From Marsupella aquatica (taxonomy: Eukaryota; Plantae; Marchantiophyta), in contig OZ316895.1 of NCBI GenBank assembly GCA_973895155.1, positions 11,430,858 to 11,494,857 of the forward strand: DNA of 64,000 nucleotides. Reading direction: 5' to 3'. A program made the translations under genes and the position numbers. Position 1 is the stretch's first letter, and the number at the start of each line of letters is the position of its first letter. Below the pieces are notes generated by a model that did not search any database, was not told the origin of the DNA, and saw only the letters and a program-made list of their open reading frames with translations. Below are positions 37,037 to 48,838 of this stretch, one piece after another.

Positions 37037-40000
37037 TGAGCTTGCAGCAAGAAGTGAAGGAGCATGGCCAAAAGCAGAAAAGACAGACAGGTTTTACAAG
37101 AAGAAACTAACAACCGCCAATCTGCTCAAATCCGCTGCATAGATCAAACCCTCCAAACTACACAGCCCTCCTTTGAAAACAATCCAATGTGCTTTGGCTG
37201 GTGGATGACAAGGACTGGGAGAAGAGGAAACGTCTGCACAATCAATCCAAATGACGGGACACAGAGACCAGGCACAGAGAGGATTTGTGCTTAGACAAAA
37301 ACCACAAATTGTAGCATGGGTGCCATAGCATTCTAGACAAAGCACAAAACATAGAATCTATGAATCTATGACTCATGGACTAACAAAATGATTGGGTAGC
37401 ATGGCAAAAGGAAAGACAAATTAATTTCAAAATGACAACATGGCCCATTTCCGCCATTCATTTGACGTTGCTAGGTGTCCGTAAGATGACTGACCCACAG
37501 ACAATCCCGACAACCTCATCTGACAGACTGCTTTTCTAGTGTGAAGAAATACATGATTACAAGCAACACCACGCCTCATCCAAGCAGGGAATTGAAAACA
37601 TAACCATGTCATTCCTGTATTGGACAGTGTCCTCTGCCATTGCACTGCATAGTTGTTATTCCATGTTGGTTGTCAACAGTTTGTTGGCTTGCCACAGCCT
37701 AGATAGAACAATACAATACTGTACATGAATACAACAAGAAAAATCTGCATACAGCGATGGCCCGGTCACTTGAGGAAAAAACAAAACTAAGAAGGCAGGC
37801 ACACGGGCAACCGAGAAAAAAAGCTAGTGGCGCCTCGCGGAGAATCCAGAATGGTAATGCCCTTGCCCAGAAGCTTGGGAAACAAAAGAGAAAAAAGCAA
37901 AAACGAGCTACCGACCACCATCTTGACCAGGCCCGCCACAAGGTATGGCTGGAGGCTGTGGTCCCCCCCTTAGTAAAGAAAAGGATGCAAGTCGGTGCAC
38001 GGGGCACAAGGCATGTTCGGATCCAGGGAGGAGCACAACAGTAATGTCAAGCAAGAAGTGTGGAGAGACCAAACAGTAAACAAAAATAGGGGAGAACAAA
38101 CATACATCAGCAGCAGCAGGAAACGAGAAAGTTGATTTGGGAGGGATTGTAGGGAGAGAGATTTTGGTGGGCTCGGCTACGCGTGAAATATCAGGAGATA
38201 GATGCGCGAGAGAGTGAAGAGGGTGGCAAGCGGAAGACAGGTTGGGACTGGACCCTTGGTGCCGGGGAGTAATATATGGGGTAATATACGTAGAGACAAA
38301 GCTGTACTCACTTGATTGAGTAGGCAAGTGGGTGGACGAAGATCAACAACCGCAGTAGCAGCACAGCCAGAGAGGCAAGAAAGGGGAAATTTCAGCAAAG
38401 GTAAGCGACACAGACAACTCACCCTCCGTCTCACCCTCCCAGCTCCAAAGTTGCAAGAGCAAGAAGTCAAAGGCACTGAAACAAAGCGGGTGGCAGTTTC
38501 AGTATCTCAGGCAATGCAAAATTAATCCATACTTAATCAGCCCTGGCCACACATTCCTTCAAAGCCCCTCATACTAGCAAGCAGGTCTGGCCTATGAATC
38601 TTGTAGTGCTTAACGATACAAAGCCTTCCCAAGTACCAATTCAAAAGTAGCAGAAATAGATTGAAAGCTAGTTCCGATGATAGCTCCCAAAAGCTTTCCT
38701 CAGCCCGATTCCTATGCACATCAGAGGAGCTCAAACCATTTAGAAATGAGATCACAGGTTACTCTTGACAATCTCAAAAATGCCACAACCTAAGCATTGA
38801 CAACTCCGTCCCCCCATTCTAATTTCTCCGACAAGTTTGCCTTAAAGCACATCCACTCGCAGTTCAAGCAGATTCAGAATCATCATAGACAATAGAGTGT
38901 TCCACCATAGCCCACGGTAGGTCCACAGCCATCGTAACGAACGCTCCGCCCCCGGGGCTTATTAGTATTGCTCACTTTTAAGAAGGGCAGTTTTCGCAAA
39001 AGCAGTCTAATTGCCTAGACTGCACTAGAAAAGTTGGAGGCAATATCACATCGGAGCATTCTGCGTCTAAGGGCCAGCGACGCCGTTCAGGAGATAGATG
39101 CGCGAGAGAGTGAAGATGGTGGGGAGCGGAAGACGGGTTGGGACTGGACCCTTGGTGCCGGTGGGTAATATGTGGGGTTTCAATGAACAATGGGCCAGTT
39201 TGAGGAGGATTAAGAAGCGCGCACCCCACGGTCTTGTGTGGTGGTTGGGTGGGGTTTTGTTTGATAGAAGAAGAAATCACCATTCTCTTATGGAAGAAAG
39301 AAAATCGCAGGAAACAATGGGCAGGAGAACAAGGCATGTAATAGAGAACAACGAGGCATGTAATAGAGTACTTGCGGTTACTCTAACGGTGCACGAACAC
39401 TCACCTTTGTCTTCCGCTTTGTCTGCTGTGGCCAACAAATCCTAGAGCGCTGCCAAGCTTGGTGGTTGCTTGATGGTTGAAAGTGTGCAGCTCACGTCCC
39501 TACCTCAATGTCCAACTCAATGTGGGATGCTGCAGCTTCTCTTGGTCGCATCTCCTCTTGGTTGCATCTCCTCCTTGTCGCAGCTCCTCTTGGGGTTCAC
39601 AGCTAGCGCACAGCTAGCGCGCAGCAGCGCTCGATGGTTGACAATGCGCAGCTGAGCTAGGAGAAGAACTGAATGACTGTGGCTGCTCTTCTCTGCAGTC
39701 CAAGCACCCGGCTGGCAGAATGCTACGACACCTGAAAGAAGCACACTTTCAGCTGCATGGCCAGGACTAACCTTTGGCTGATGACACTGATAACCAATGG
39801 CAGCACTGTCAATTGCTTCCTCCTAACAAACAACCGGCTCCCGATTCTGCAACTGCTCTTTAAGCTCCACGACCTCCTTCACAACTCCAATGTCCACCTT
39901 CCGCAGTGGTTGCCTTCCACAGCGCCTTCACAACTCCAATGTCCACCTTCTGCAGCAGCAAACGATTGCCGCCCTGCTCACGCCTCCTTTGAATGCCTCG

Positions 40001-43000
40001 GCAACCTTGAGGACACACTACAATTAAACTTCCGCAACAATCGCCTCACCTTACGATAGACCTTGGCACCACAACACCTTCCCAGATCACAGCTGCTCCC
40101 CTCAGCTAAACCCTCAGCGCCTCAGTCCCCAGATCACAGCTCCTCCCGAACTGCAACTCACTCAAAACCTAAGCACTCAGGAGTGCCCTCAACAATGAAC
40201 AATGGGGCAACTCAGACCGGAAGCAAAGAGCCCTGCGACTGTAAAAGCCTTGGAACAGTACGCAGCCGCGCAAAACCTCAACATTTGACAGGCATTGGAT
40301 GCTCTACCCTAACCAACACTCACTAAACCAAGACTTAGTGTGGCCGTCTCCTCAGCAGCTCGCGATCCGTAGACACTGATTGTAGCTCGGCAGAGGACAA
40401 CCGAGGGTCAAGTTCGTAAGAATCCCCCGTTTCCCTCGCAAAACCCTTTGCAAAACCCCGATCCTCCCACCCCGTCTCCCTAAACTGTGCGACCCTAAAC
40501 TCCCTCTGGCTGTTGTGTTAGTGCCCCTACAGAGAGAATGAGGGGACCCTATGCCAAAATGTGGGCAAAAGGATTGACCGTTGGGGTGAGCCGTTGAGTG
40601 GGGCGAGGCGTTAAGTGTGACCCCAAAAATTCATTTAGGCAAAATGAATTGTGGTAAATTGTGACCTGTTTTGAGAGTTGAAAGATAATCAGAAGTAAAG
40701 GGACCATGGAGAAGACGGGGCCAATGTAATTAAGTCAAGCATCACTCATTCAAAATCCACATGGACATAGTTGGGTACTATATGAGACACCAGGGGACAA
40801 GACATTTTTGAAGGGTTGGCATATTTACCCTCATCCCTAAACTTGGATGTGGTGCACATAACATCCACTCTCCTACCCCAAGTACAAAACAACTCCTAAC
40901 AACTTAGGCCCAATGTAGTCACTTGTGCCCAACCATGTTCATTAAGAGCCTAAATGTTTTCATTTCACCCACATTGCATGTTGTTGGGGGTTCCATGGTC
41001 TGTTATTATAATGTAACTCCTCATGTGAACTTTGTGAAATTTAGTATTTAAGGGACCATGGAGAAAGCGGGCCAATGGAGTAATTGGAACCATGAACCTT
41101 TTTGGTCACAAATAAGGCCATCTAATGAGTTATGCCCCTTGCTATCACCATCTTTATAGAATTAACCCTCTTCAACATAAGTGAACATTACCCATGTAGT
41201 GCTAGACTATTCATCGTTCACAAAGTAGCAAGGACCCTTCTCATAGTCTTTTAGAGAACCATATAACACTAATAGTCGTTTGTAGTCTTCAACAAAACCG
41301 GCACAATGGGAGCGAGTCGTTTCAAGTATGGAAAAAGGACTTAGTGGGCTTAGTCCTATAAGGTATGGTCTAAATGGCCCCGGTTTCTACTAGTGCAATT
41401 TCAAAAACCAGATCCAATTATCTGTGTTCTCAACTGGAGCTACTGCGTAACATAGAATCAATCTTTGGCCATTTCCATCCAAACATGTAGCTAAGAATAG
41501 TTGAGTGGGGTACTTCCTGTTCTTTGTATGACATGCATCAAGAGAGATGAGAGGTTGAATGTAGGTACATGCTTTTTGTGTAGCTGATGGGCAAATGAAA
41601 GCTCGACAGAAAATGTTGGAGTTTTCCATTGGGGACCAGACTGCCACTGCACCAGAGTCAGTCTTTCTCACCTTGGCAATTAATGCCGGAATCATTTGAA
41701 ACGTGTCTTCCTACCCACCAAGGTGCAGATCCCGTACATAGTCTTTTGCTCGCCACATTTGGTGGTAAGTGCTGTTCTTTTTATAATCCCCTTGAAATCC
41801 GCAGAGTAGTTCTTTGACCGGCACCTTCAGATTTCTACACACTCTAGGCGCCAGTGTGTCTCCTAATCACACTGCCTTTTGTGTTGGGCCCCTCCACTTG
41901 TGTTTAGATGTTGGACAATTGTGTTTCAGCTCACACACAGTAATGATATGAGCCCCACTGTGAGCTTGCCTGTGACATCGGACCCTGAATGGGCAGTAGG
42001 CTGAACAATCAAAACCATCTTCATCGTACTCTGGTGGGGGCCTAAACCTAGAAAACTCCCCGCATACTCTTGTGGTAGAAATCTTCCTGACTTTTACCGT
42101 GCCAGGGGCATGTGACCCAGGTAGCCACACACTGCTATGCTGCACTACTGTGCGTGGTTTCTTTGCCATTGTTGTGTTCCTCTAGAGATAGTTTGGATCC
42201 AGAGGTCCAAGGGGTGCACGAACCTCCTATTGCAATCCACATAGAACATATTCATGTTATTGTATATGGAAACACAGAAGACAGTGGTGTCATTGTATAC
42301 AAAATACACACCACAATGGGGATGTTTATATGAAACATAGAAGACACTCATGACGTCGTATACAAAACATTGATGGTAAAATGCAAAGAAGACATTCTGG
42401 TTGAGGTATACCTGTGGAGCATTTGTGAGAACGATTGCTCCAAACTGGTTTGTTGATCCTGCCATCTGTTGAATAGCAATTTGAAACTCACAGTCTTCCA
42501 TCTGCAATGGCAGCACAAACATGCCATGCATCAAAACATAGAGTGACAAGTATTACATTTCTAACCCTTCAAAAAAACCACAATGATATAGGTATGGACT
42601 CTTGAAAAGCTTTACCTCTTCCGCTGTCAATAATGGTTCTGCATAGGCATTGTGTGACCTTTGTCTACCCCTTGGTTCGGATGTCATTCCTCTGTCACGG
42701 AACCCACTATACTCACCGTAACGACTGTTATAGTGCCAATCTAATTCATGTTCATCTTCATCATCCAATTCATGGATATACAGTGAATTTTTATCTTCTG
42801 AACTATCACTACATTCAGAACTGTCTGGCCCAGGTCTGATGTCACCACTTGACTTCCTTTCATATCAATGAGCAATCTTACTAAATCGGCAAACCCTTGT
42901 TCAAAAATTGGGGGCGGTTTTAAGTCTATACACTACTCGGCCATGCATCACAGCCCATGAGGCCAAACATCTATCAAATTCATCAAAATTGCTAAAACGC

Positions 43001-43798
43001 TTGCCCAAATGAATGCGGGCCGCCTCTGCTTCCACTACAAAGAGCATTGTAGAATACATAATGAAGAACGTCTACTGGTGCAACAACTTCAACAGTGCAA
43101 AACTTATGATTCATACGGGAGCAACTTCAACTTCATACTTAAGCCAAACAAATCCTCCAATTTATACTAACTTGAAGCACAATAGATTCACCTTCTTCGG
43201 GACTCTTCCCATCCAGGATTGATTTCAGATTTTTCAGATGTCTTTGTGTTGTTCCCCGCCTTGCTCTTTGTGGTGATTGCCTATCAGAATCGGGAATGTC
43301 CACCTCACAAACATCCCCTTGACGCCAAAGATTGATGTCACTTACATCATCTGCCATGATCATGTATTTCAATTTGCATATGAGTACTGTACAGAGGTTA
43401 GTCATGTCCATTTAACGTAAAGCTCAAAAACATTTACTAAGCCACATGCAAAAGGGCTCTGCAGCCCATGAATTGACGTCGTTTCTTGACATTGTTTGTG
43501 CCTCCAGTTTACACATTCTAACATCTGCACAGTAGTACCTTGTTTTCCTGTGCAATCGATGGTGGCAGGTGCGTGCGCCGTGCGCCTCGTGTAAAGTTGA
43601 GTGTACTTGTTATCGGGCATGGACAAAAGTCGGGATGGGAGGATATTAAAAAATGCGGAGATCAGTTTAGAAATAGAATACAATCATGTCAATGTATTCG
43701 CATTCGTGTAACATAACCCTAATGTTGATCGTGGCGGCATGGATGGGCAAATGCCCAATTTTGACTTCTAATTACGAGGTCCCGTTGCCTGATTACTG

Positions 43799-44174
43799 CG
43801 CGCTTAACCCTAAACCGCCCTGACAATGTGCGCCTCGACAATGTGCGCCCCGACAATGTGTGCCCTAAAACAGAAATTTTGTTGAAGACATAAACCACGA
43901 TGTATTCACGCTCATAAGGGACCATAGTGCGAGGGGGGAAAAACTGCGTAGTTGCGGCCCGACTGCAGCGGAGTCGCGTGGTCGACTGCGGGAGGCGACC
44001 TTGCGTGGTGGCATGGCTCCCAACTGTGCAGTAATGCCTTTACACGGGGGAAACTGCCTTACACGAGAGCAAAGGGTACGGGCCATAATGAGGGGGCTGA
44101 TTGAGGCAAAAAAGTTTGGAGGGGGCTGATCAAGTAAAGTTTCTCCTGGAGGGGGTCTATTGAGCATATCCCTC
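43799..44174 (-). repeat. MULE right TIR
   Basis: Reverse complement of 13672-14019. It has three copies of a ~15-bp CACATTGTCGGGGCG unit where the left TIR has one. Confidence 0.93.
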
Positions 44175-45425
44175 TAAGTGCCAAGTGCCCAAAACACAAA
44201 AGGAAACCTTGATCTGTATTTAACATACAAATTTAATTAAAATATGAACAGTAACTAAACGCTGTGACTGGTTCACTATAACGAGATGGACACGTATGTT
44301 CATCCGGGCCCTTAAATAAGAAGGCAAAAACACGCACTGGATTGTCAGAGAATCTTTGGCCGACTCTGATCCCCGACATTCCTCTCGTTGCAGAGTCGCC
44401 GATCGACGATCCTACATGAATCCATGGCCAGGATCGACCGCTTTAGTCTCAATCGGAAAGTGACCCTGTACGGGAAATCGCTCACCTGAGGCGGTTAACG
44501 ACTGAGTAAAGTCGCGAAAACTCCCGCGCTTCGGGAAAGATCACTCCACGACTGTGCGCTTGACATGCGTCGTCGATATGTCCAATCGACAGCTCTCGCA
44601 GACCTGGTGGGCACAATGATGTTACCAAATGGCCCTTCTCCAGTTCTCCTCGTCCCATGGGTTAACTATAATAAATCCCGATTTTCCGAGCCGAACAGCT
44701 GATCTTGAGTTCCATAATCATGATACGACGACGCCGGACTGACATTTAGGGTGATAACGTGATAACCTTGTTCCTTGGGTGTAAGCTTAGCCTCCGAATT
44801 CGGTAAGTTTAGGGTTTAGGTAAGTTCAATGTTACTCCATGACAAAGTGGCGGCTGGTTTGCTAGACTCTGTTAATGTGGTGGTGTAATAATATCTGGGA
44901 TGAGTAAATTACCACAGTATTTGTGGATGTCAATAATAGGTGACTTACTATAATCCAAAGGACACAGAGGGCTTGAGTTGATGGTTTTAGCGACTATGGC
45001 CATATTTCTCTGAGTGATCCTCCTCTGCTAGTTTACTCATCAGCTTCACCAGGCTTTCAGCTTATGCTGAGTATGGCTTTAGTTCCTTAGATATTGTGAG
45101 GGATTCTCGGTTTTGGCTCTTTGGTTGTCTTGAGGTTTCTCTTTTGTTTTTTCTCATCATTGGTTGGATCCTGTCTCCTGGTTTCACATTTAATTTTCTT
45201 TGGCAGTGATGTATGTATTGCATGATCTCAAAAAATCAAACTCTGACTTGTTATTACACCAGGCTATGTTGTAACACTAAGCTATCAGATACATCTTAGC
45301 TTAATCTACACACCTTACTATGTAAACCTGATCATTCTAACTGGTAGCCTGTTTACAAATTTCCATCTGGGCACAAAGGAATTCTGGCCATTTGTTGAAA
45401 AATGGTTTTTCATCACTAGTCAATT

Positions 45426-47367
45426 GGCCAAAAAAGCATTGTACTAACCTGTCCCCCAAACTACCCAATTACTAACTTGTCCCCTAAACAAAATTAATTA
45501 CACTTGTCCTCTATTTCATAATATTTACTTGTATATGGGGTTCTCTTGCCATGTGGCAATTTTTGTTAGGCAATTACTCTTATGTCTAGGGTTACAAGTA
45601 TACCCATAGTAGGGTTGATCTTAGTTGTAGACTAGGTCAGGTAAATTAGGTTGCACACTATATCCCAAACGGTCTTTGCTTGGATAGGAGGGCTCAAGTT
45701 CATTGTTACAGATCCAGTTGAGAGATAAAGAGATTTTGGATTACAAAGACTCGGTATGGCTGACGGGCCTAGAGTGAAATAAAGCTCTCATGTATTTCCA
45801 TGGACGTAACCTCAGCTGAAGTGAACCACGTATCTCTATGTGTCAACTAGTTGTGCGTTGGATGAACATGGGTTTGTCGTTTTGAATGTTGTCTTTGCAC
45901 AATTACAGGTCCAGGAGGGGCAAAAATACTTCATTTTTTGCTCCACACTGCTCCTCACAAAAACCTGACACTTTAGGCCCTCATTTGTACTCAAGAAACA
46001 CAGTGGGGAAGGGGGGTCAAGGGGGTGTGGCAAGTTAAGGCTAGCCAGTAGCAACTTGCCACATGGCAACGACAATCCATATATTAGTTAATATTGTCTG
46101 ACCTGAATATGAAATGGGAGATAGGTTAATAATTAATTATGGGCCCCCATTAGAGGTCCTTTCCAAAATTCCTGGCTCCACAGCGCGCCACATCATCATG
46201 GCATGCCGCAAACAGGAAGGGAGTTGTTTTTTGGATAAAATTAACTTCTATAGTCGTGTTCGTGGCAAGTTTGCTGTAAAAACTTGGATGCCATGTCGTA
46301 AAAAAGAATGTAAAAACAACTGACATGCAAATCAAAAGACAAAAAGATTGAGGTAAAACTGCTCCCAATAATGGTTTTATTTTCATTTTGATTTTATTCA
46401 AAACATAAAATTTTCCTGACAGCAATCTTTAATTTGACATTGTTGAGTCAAACAATAATGAAAACTCAGGTATAATATGGCATTGGAAAGGTATTGAAGA
46501 GACGGTCTTTATGAGCTTAGAATTGTCACCATTCAATAAGAATTGAGTAAGTAATTTGAAAAATAGATTTTACCCGTGATTTCGTAATCTCTAACGCAAA
46601 TAGAAATTTTTGTTGTACAAACCCTTAAATGTTGACCCCTTCCATGAGAATGACCCTAAAATTGACAGATTTTATCAAGTACTACGAGATAATGAATTTT
46701 AGAATTTCTGTAGCTTTTTAATGAAGTTAACATTGATAGATTCAGTTGAGTTCTAAGGAGATTATAAGTTTCCAGTGTTTTCTACCTTTCCAATGAGTGT
46801 GACATTGTGAGATTTTATCAAGTATTAAAGTGGTCACGAGTTTCTAAAATTCTCTAGCTTTCGATCCATTTCGAATCACACAATTGAATATTTGTTTCCA
46901 TGAAACTTTTTGTCTTAAAAACAATTTTGCAAGCTTAGTGATTTGATGACACCGATAAACTTCTCTCTCTTTGTCTATTTGTGTGTAGGAATTGAAAAGT
47001 AATTATTTTCGATGCAACTTGAGTGCATCCAGCATCCCTTCGATAACGTGGAGTAAATCGTCGAGCACTGTTTTGCTGAAGTGGGCAATTAAGCTACCCA
47101 CACATTAAACAGTAGTTCACATTACAATTGATTTTGTGATTGATGTTAATTATGGTTGCCTTGGTAAGTTTGACAACTGTTTCAAATGTAAAACATTGAC
47201 TTGTTCATTTTTGAAAAAAAAAATTCTTCAAATTTGGAGGTCCATCTAGGCTTCAGTTCTAGATAAGTGTCTCTAAAATAACATGGGGTCCACAGATCAA
47301 TTTTATCTGGCGGCAAGTTAGTAATATCAGGTAGTTTGGGGGCGAGGTTAATAAAAAATTGTTGGCC
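45426..47367. mobile_element. Degenerate non-autonomous TIR element
   Basis: GGCCAA....TAACCT..CCCCCAAACTACC...TTACTAACTTG at 45426 has an inverted counterpart ending at 47367. The internal part (from 46138) is homologous to sequence from 59027. No TSD found. Confidence 0.5.
45564..45904 (+). mobile_element. Diverged solo LTR related to the copia LTR at 11774-12116
   Basis: Starts TGTTAGG. Shares GGTATGGC..GGCCTAGAGTG..TAAAGCTCT and GTGAACCACGTATCTCT.TGTGTC.ACTA..TGTGCGTTGGATG. Confidence 0.75.
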
Positions 47368-48838
47368 AAAAGCACCTCCCTCTGGCCCCTCCGCCCTTTC
47401 TTCGGTTCCTGGCCTTGCCATCCATGCTAACCCTAACCAGCGTACACTTGCCCCCACTAACCCCGCCCCCGCTAACCCCAGGCAACTCAAGGGTATTGGG
47501 CTCATTGACGAAGTAAAGGTCTACGAGTAAAGCCCATTTGACTGCCCACTTACTGTAAGCAACTGCAAAGCTGAGGATGAGTTATTACAGTCGGGTAGCC
47601 GCGCCGTGTCGGAGCGGGCAACAGGGAGAGGAACGCCGTGCACGGTCCGACGGGCCGGGACCGGTGGCCGGCAATGAAGTCGGGCCGGGAAGGAATGGGC
47701 CGTTCGGGCGCGCGCGCTTTTCCTTTCTCTGTTACATACAACTCTACTCAACTTTCGCACGGGACTTTCGCACGGGCCTTTCGCGCGAGAGAGGCAGAGT
47801 CCCAACCCAAACAGAGACGGGGCAGAGCAAAGGACGAAATAGAGTTGGGGTAGAGCAAAGGACGAAACAGAGTCGGGGAAGAGCAAAGGAGAAAACAGAG
47901 TCGGGGCAGAGCAAAGGAGAAGAGTACGAAGCAGAACAGAGACGGGGCAGAGCAAAGGCGAAGAGTTTAGGTGGAATCGAGCATAGTGGATTGGCGTCGA
48001 GTCGAGGTCGGGCTGTAGAGCTTCGGCAGGATCAGCAGAGCTTGAATTTGCAGGAGTGGGTTCGCCAAAGTTATCGATCGGAGGCCCAATTGCTGCATGT
48101 CACATAGATCGCTGCGAGGCGGACTGTAAAGAGAGAGGCCTAGGATTCGAGTTAGCAAGTGTTGGTTGATTGTGGTGGTGTTTCGGAGCCTTGCGTGACG
48201 AGGTACGTAAGTGTATGCGAGGAACGAATGTCCCGCACTCTATCGCGACAGTTTGTTTGGTTTGGTGAGCTTGGGAGTGAGTGATTCAAATGTTGGCTTC
48301 TCAGAGCTGTGTACGTCTGTGGTGAAGAATTGGAAGCGCTGGTTCATCGATTTTGTTTACAGTGTCGAGGAAGCTTTCTGTCGACTTTCATTTGGCGCAA
48401 TAGGTGATCAATTCTGTAGGTTTGTGTGTATTTGGAGGTAGGGCGTGTCTATCGGTATAGGCGGAACTGATCCACTCAGAGTTCGTATTCATTTATCGAG
48501 TTTTGAGTTGATTTTTCTGTATGAGCAACCTTCTCGATGAGGACTAAAGTATTCGCCGCGTACTTTTCTTCTTACGGTTCGTTAATTCTTCTACAGCGTT
48601 TCTTTTCGCAAATTGCACTTGCTCTATCATGATTGCTGCATCGCCTCGACGCATCACTTACCTACTTCTCAAGTTGTGGAGAGTTACCCGACTTTTGAAC
48701 GACCTCCGTTCCTTGGTGTTGGGAGGGTGTGGGGTTGACAGTAATTGAGATTTGCCTGCTTGTTTTTCTGCAGATCAGGCGGGCAAGCTGGCATTTCCGA
48801 TTGGTCAGGATTCGGGAAGACAATCGAGCGGAGGACGG

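Larger units (their letters stand above)
24739..41395 (-). mobile_element. Coding CACTA (En/Spm) element, 16.66 kb
   Basis: TIRs CACTAGTAGAAACCGGGG (18 bp perfect, ~30 bp near-perfect) and TSD CAA on both sides. AGTCGT/ACGACT-like subterminal repeats; tnpD- and tnpA-like genes inside. Confidence 0.96.
21116..43357 (-). pseudogene. MuDR/MURA-type transposase, spliced, interrupted by two CACTA insertions and in-frame stops
   Basis: Motifs in order: GKRFSNFDEF; CPFRV..HNC zinc finger; ISLDACH (D); ISDRHKGL at 24649-24738 (D); CANHL (CxxH); TSNPAE (E); SWIM CTCWELQEMVWPCEH; CCHC knuckle CSKCGQVGHNRRSC. The frame is restored when both CACTAs and one TSD copy each are removed. Confidence 0.93.
13672..44174 (-). 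mobile_element. Mutator-like element (MULE), 30.5 kb including two nested CACTA insertions (about 12.2 kb without them)
   Basis: TIRs begin GAGGGATATGCTCAATAGACCCCC at 13672 and, in reverse complement, end at 44174. The 9-bp TSD is TAACTGCCA / TAAGTGCCA (1 mismatch). An internal MuDR-type transposase is on the - strand. Confidence 0.95.

Noticed and set aside
37699-40326. Many 70-140-aa ORFs in the CACTA 5' region
   Set aside because: Low-complexity, overlapping on both strands and lacking motifs; better explained as leader exons and introns.
47521-48158. ORFs of 144-176 aa upstream of the kinase
   Set aside because: They lie in GC-rich promoter/5'UTR repeat sequence; composition explains the open frames.
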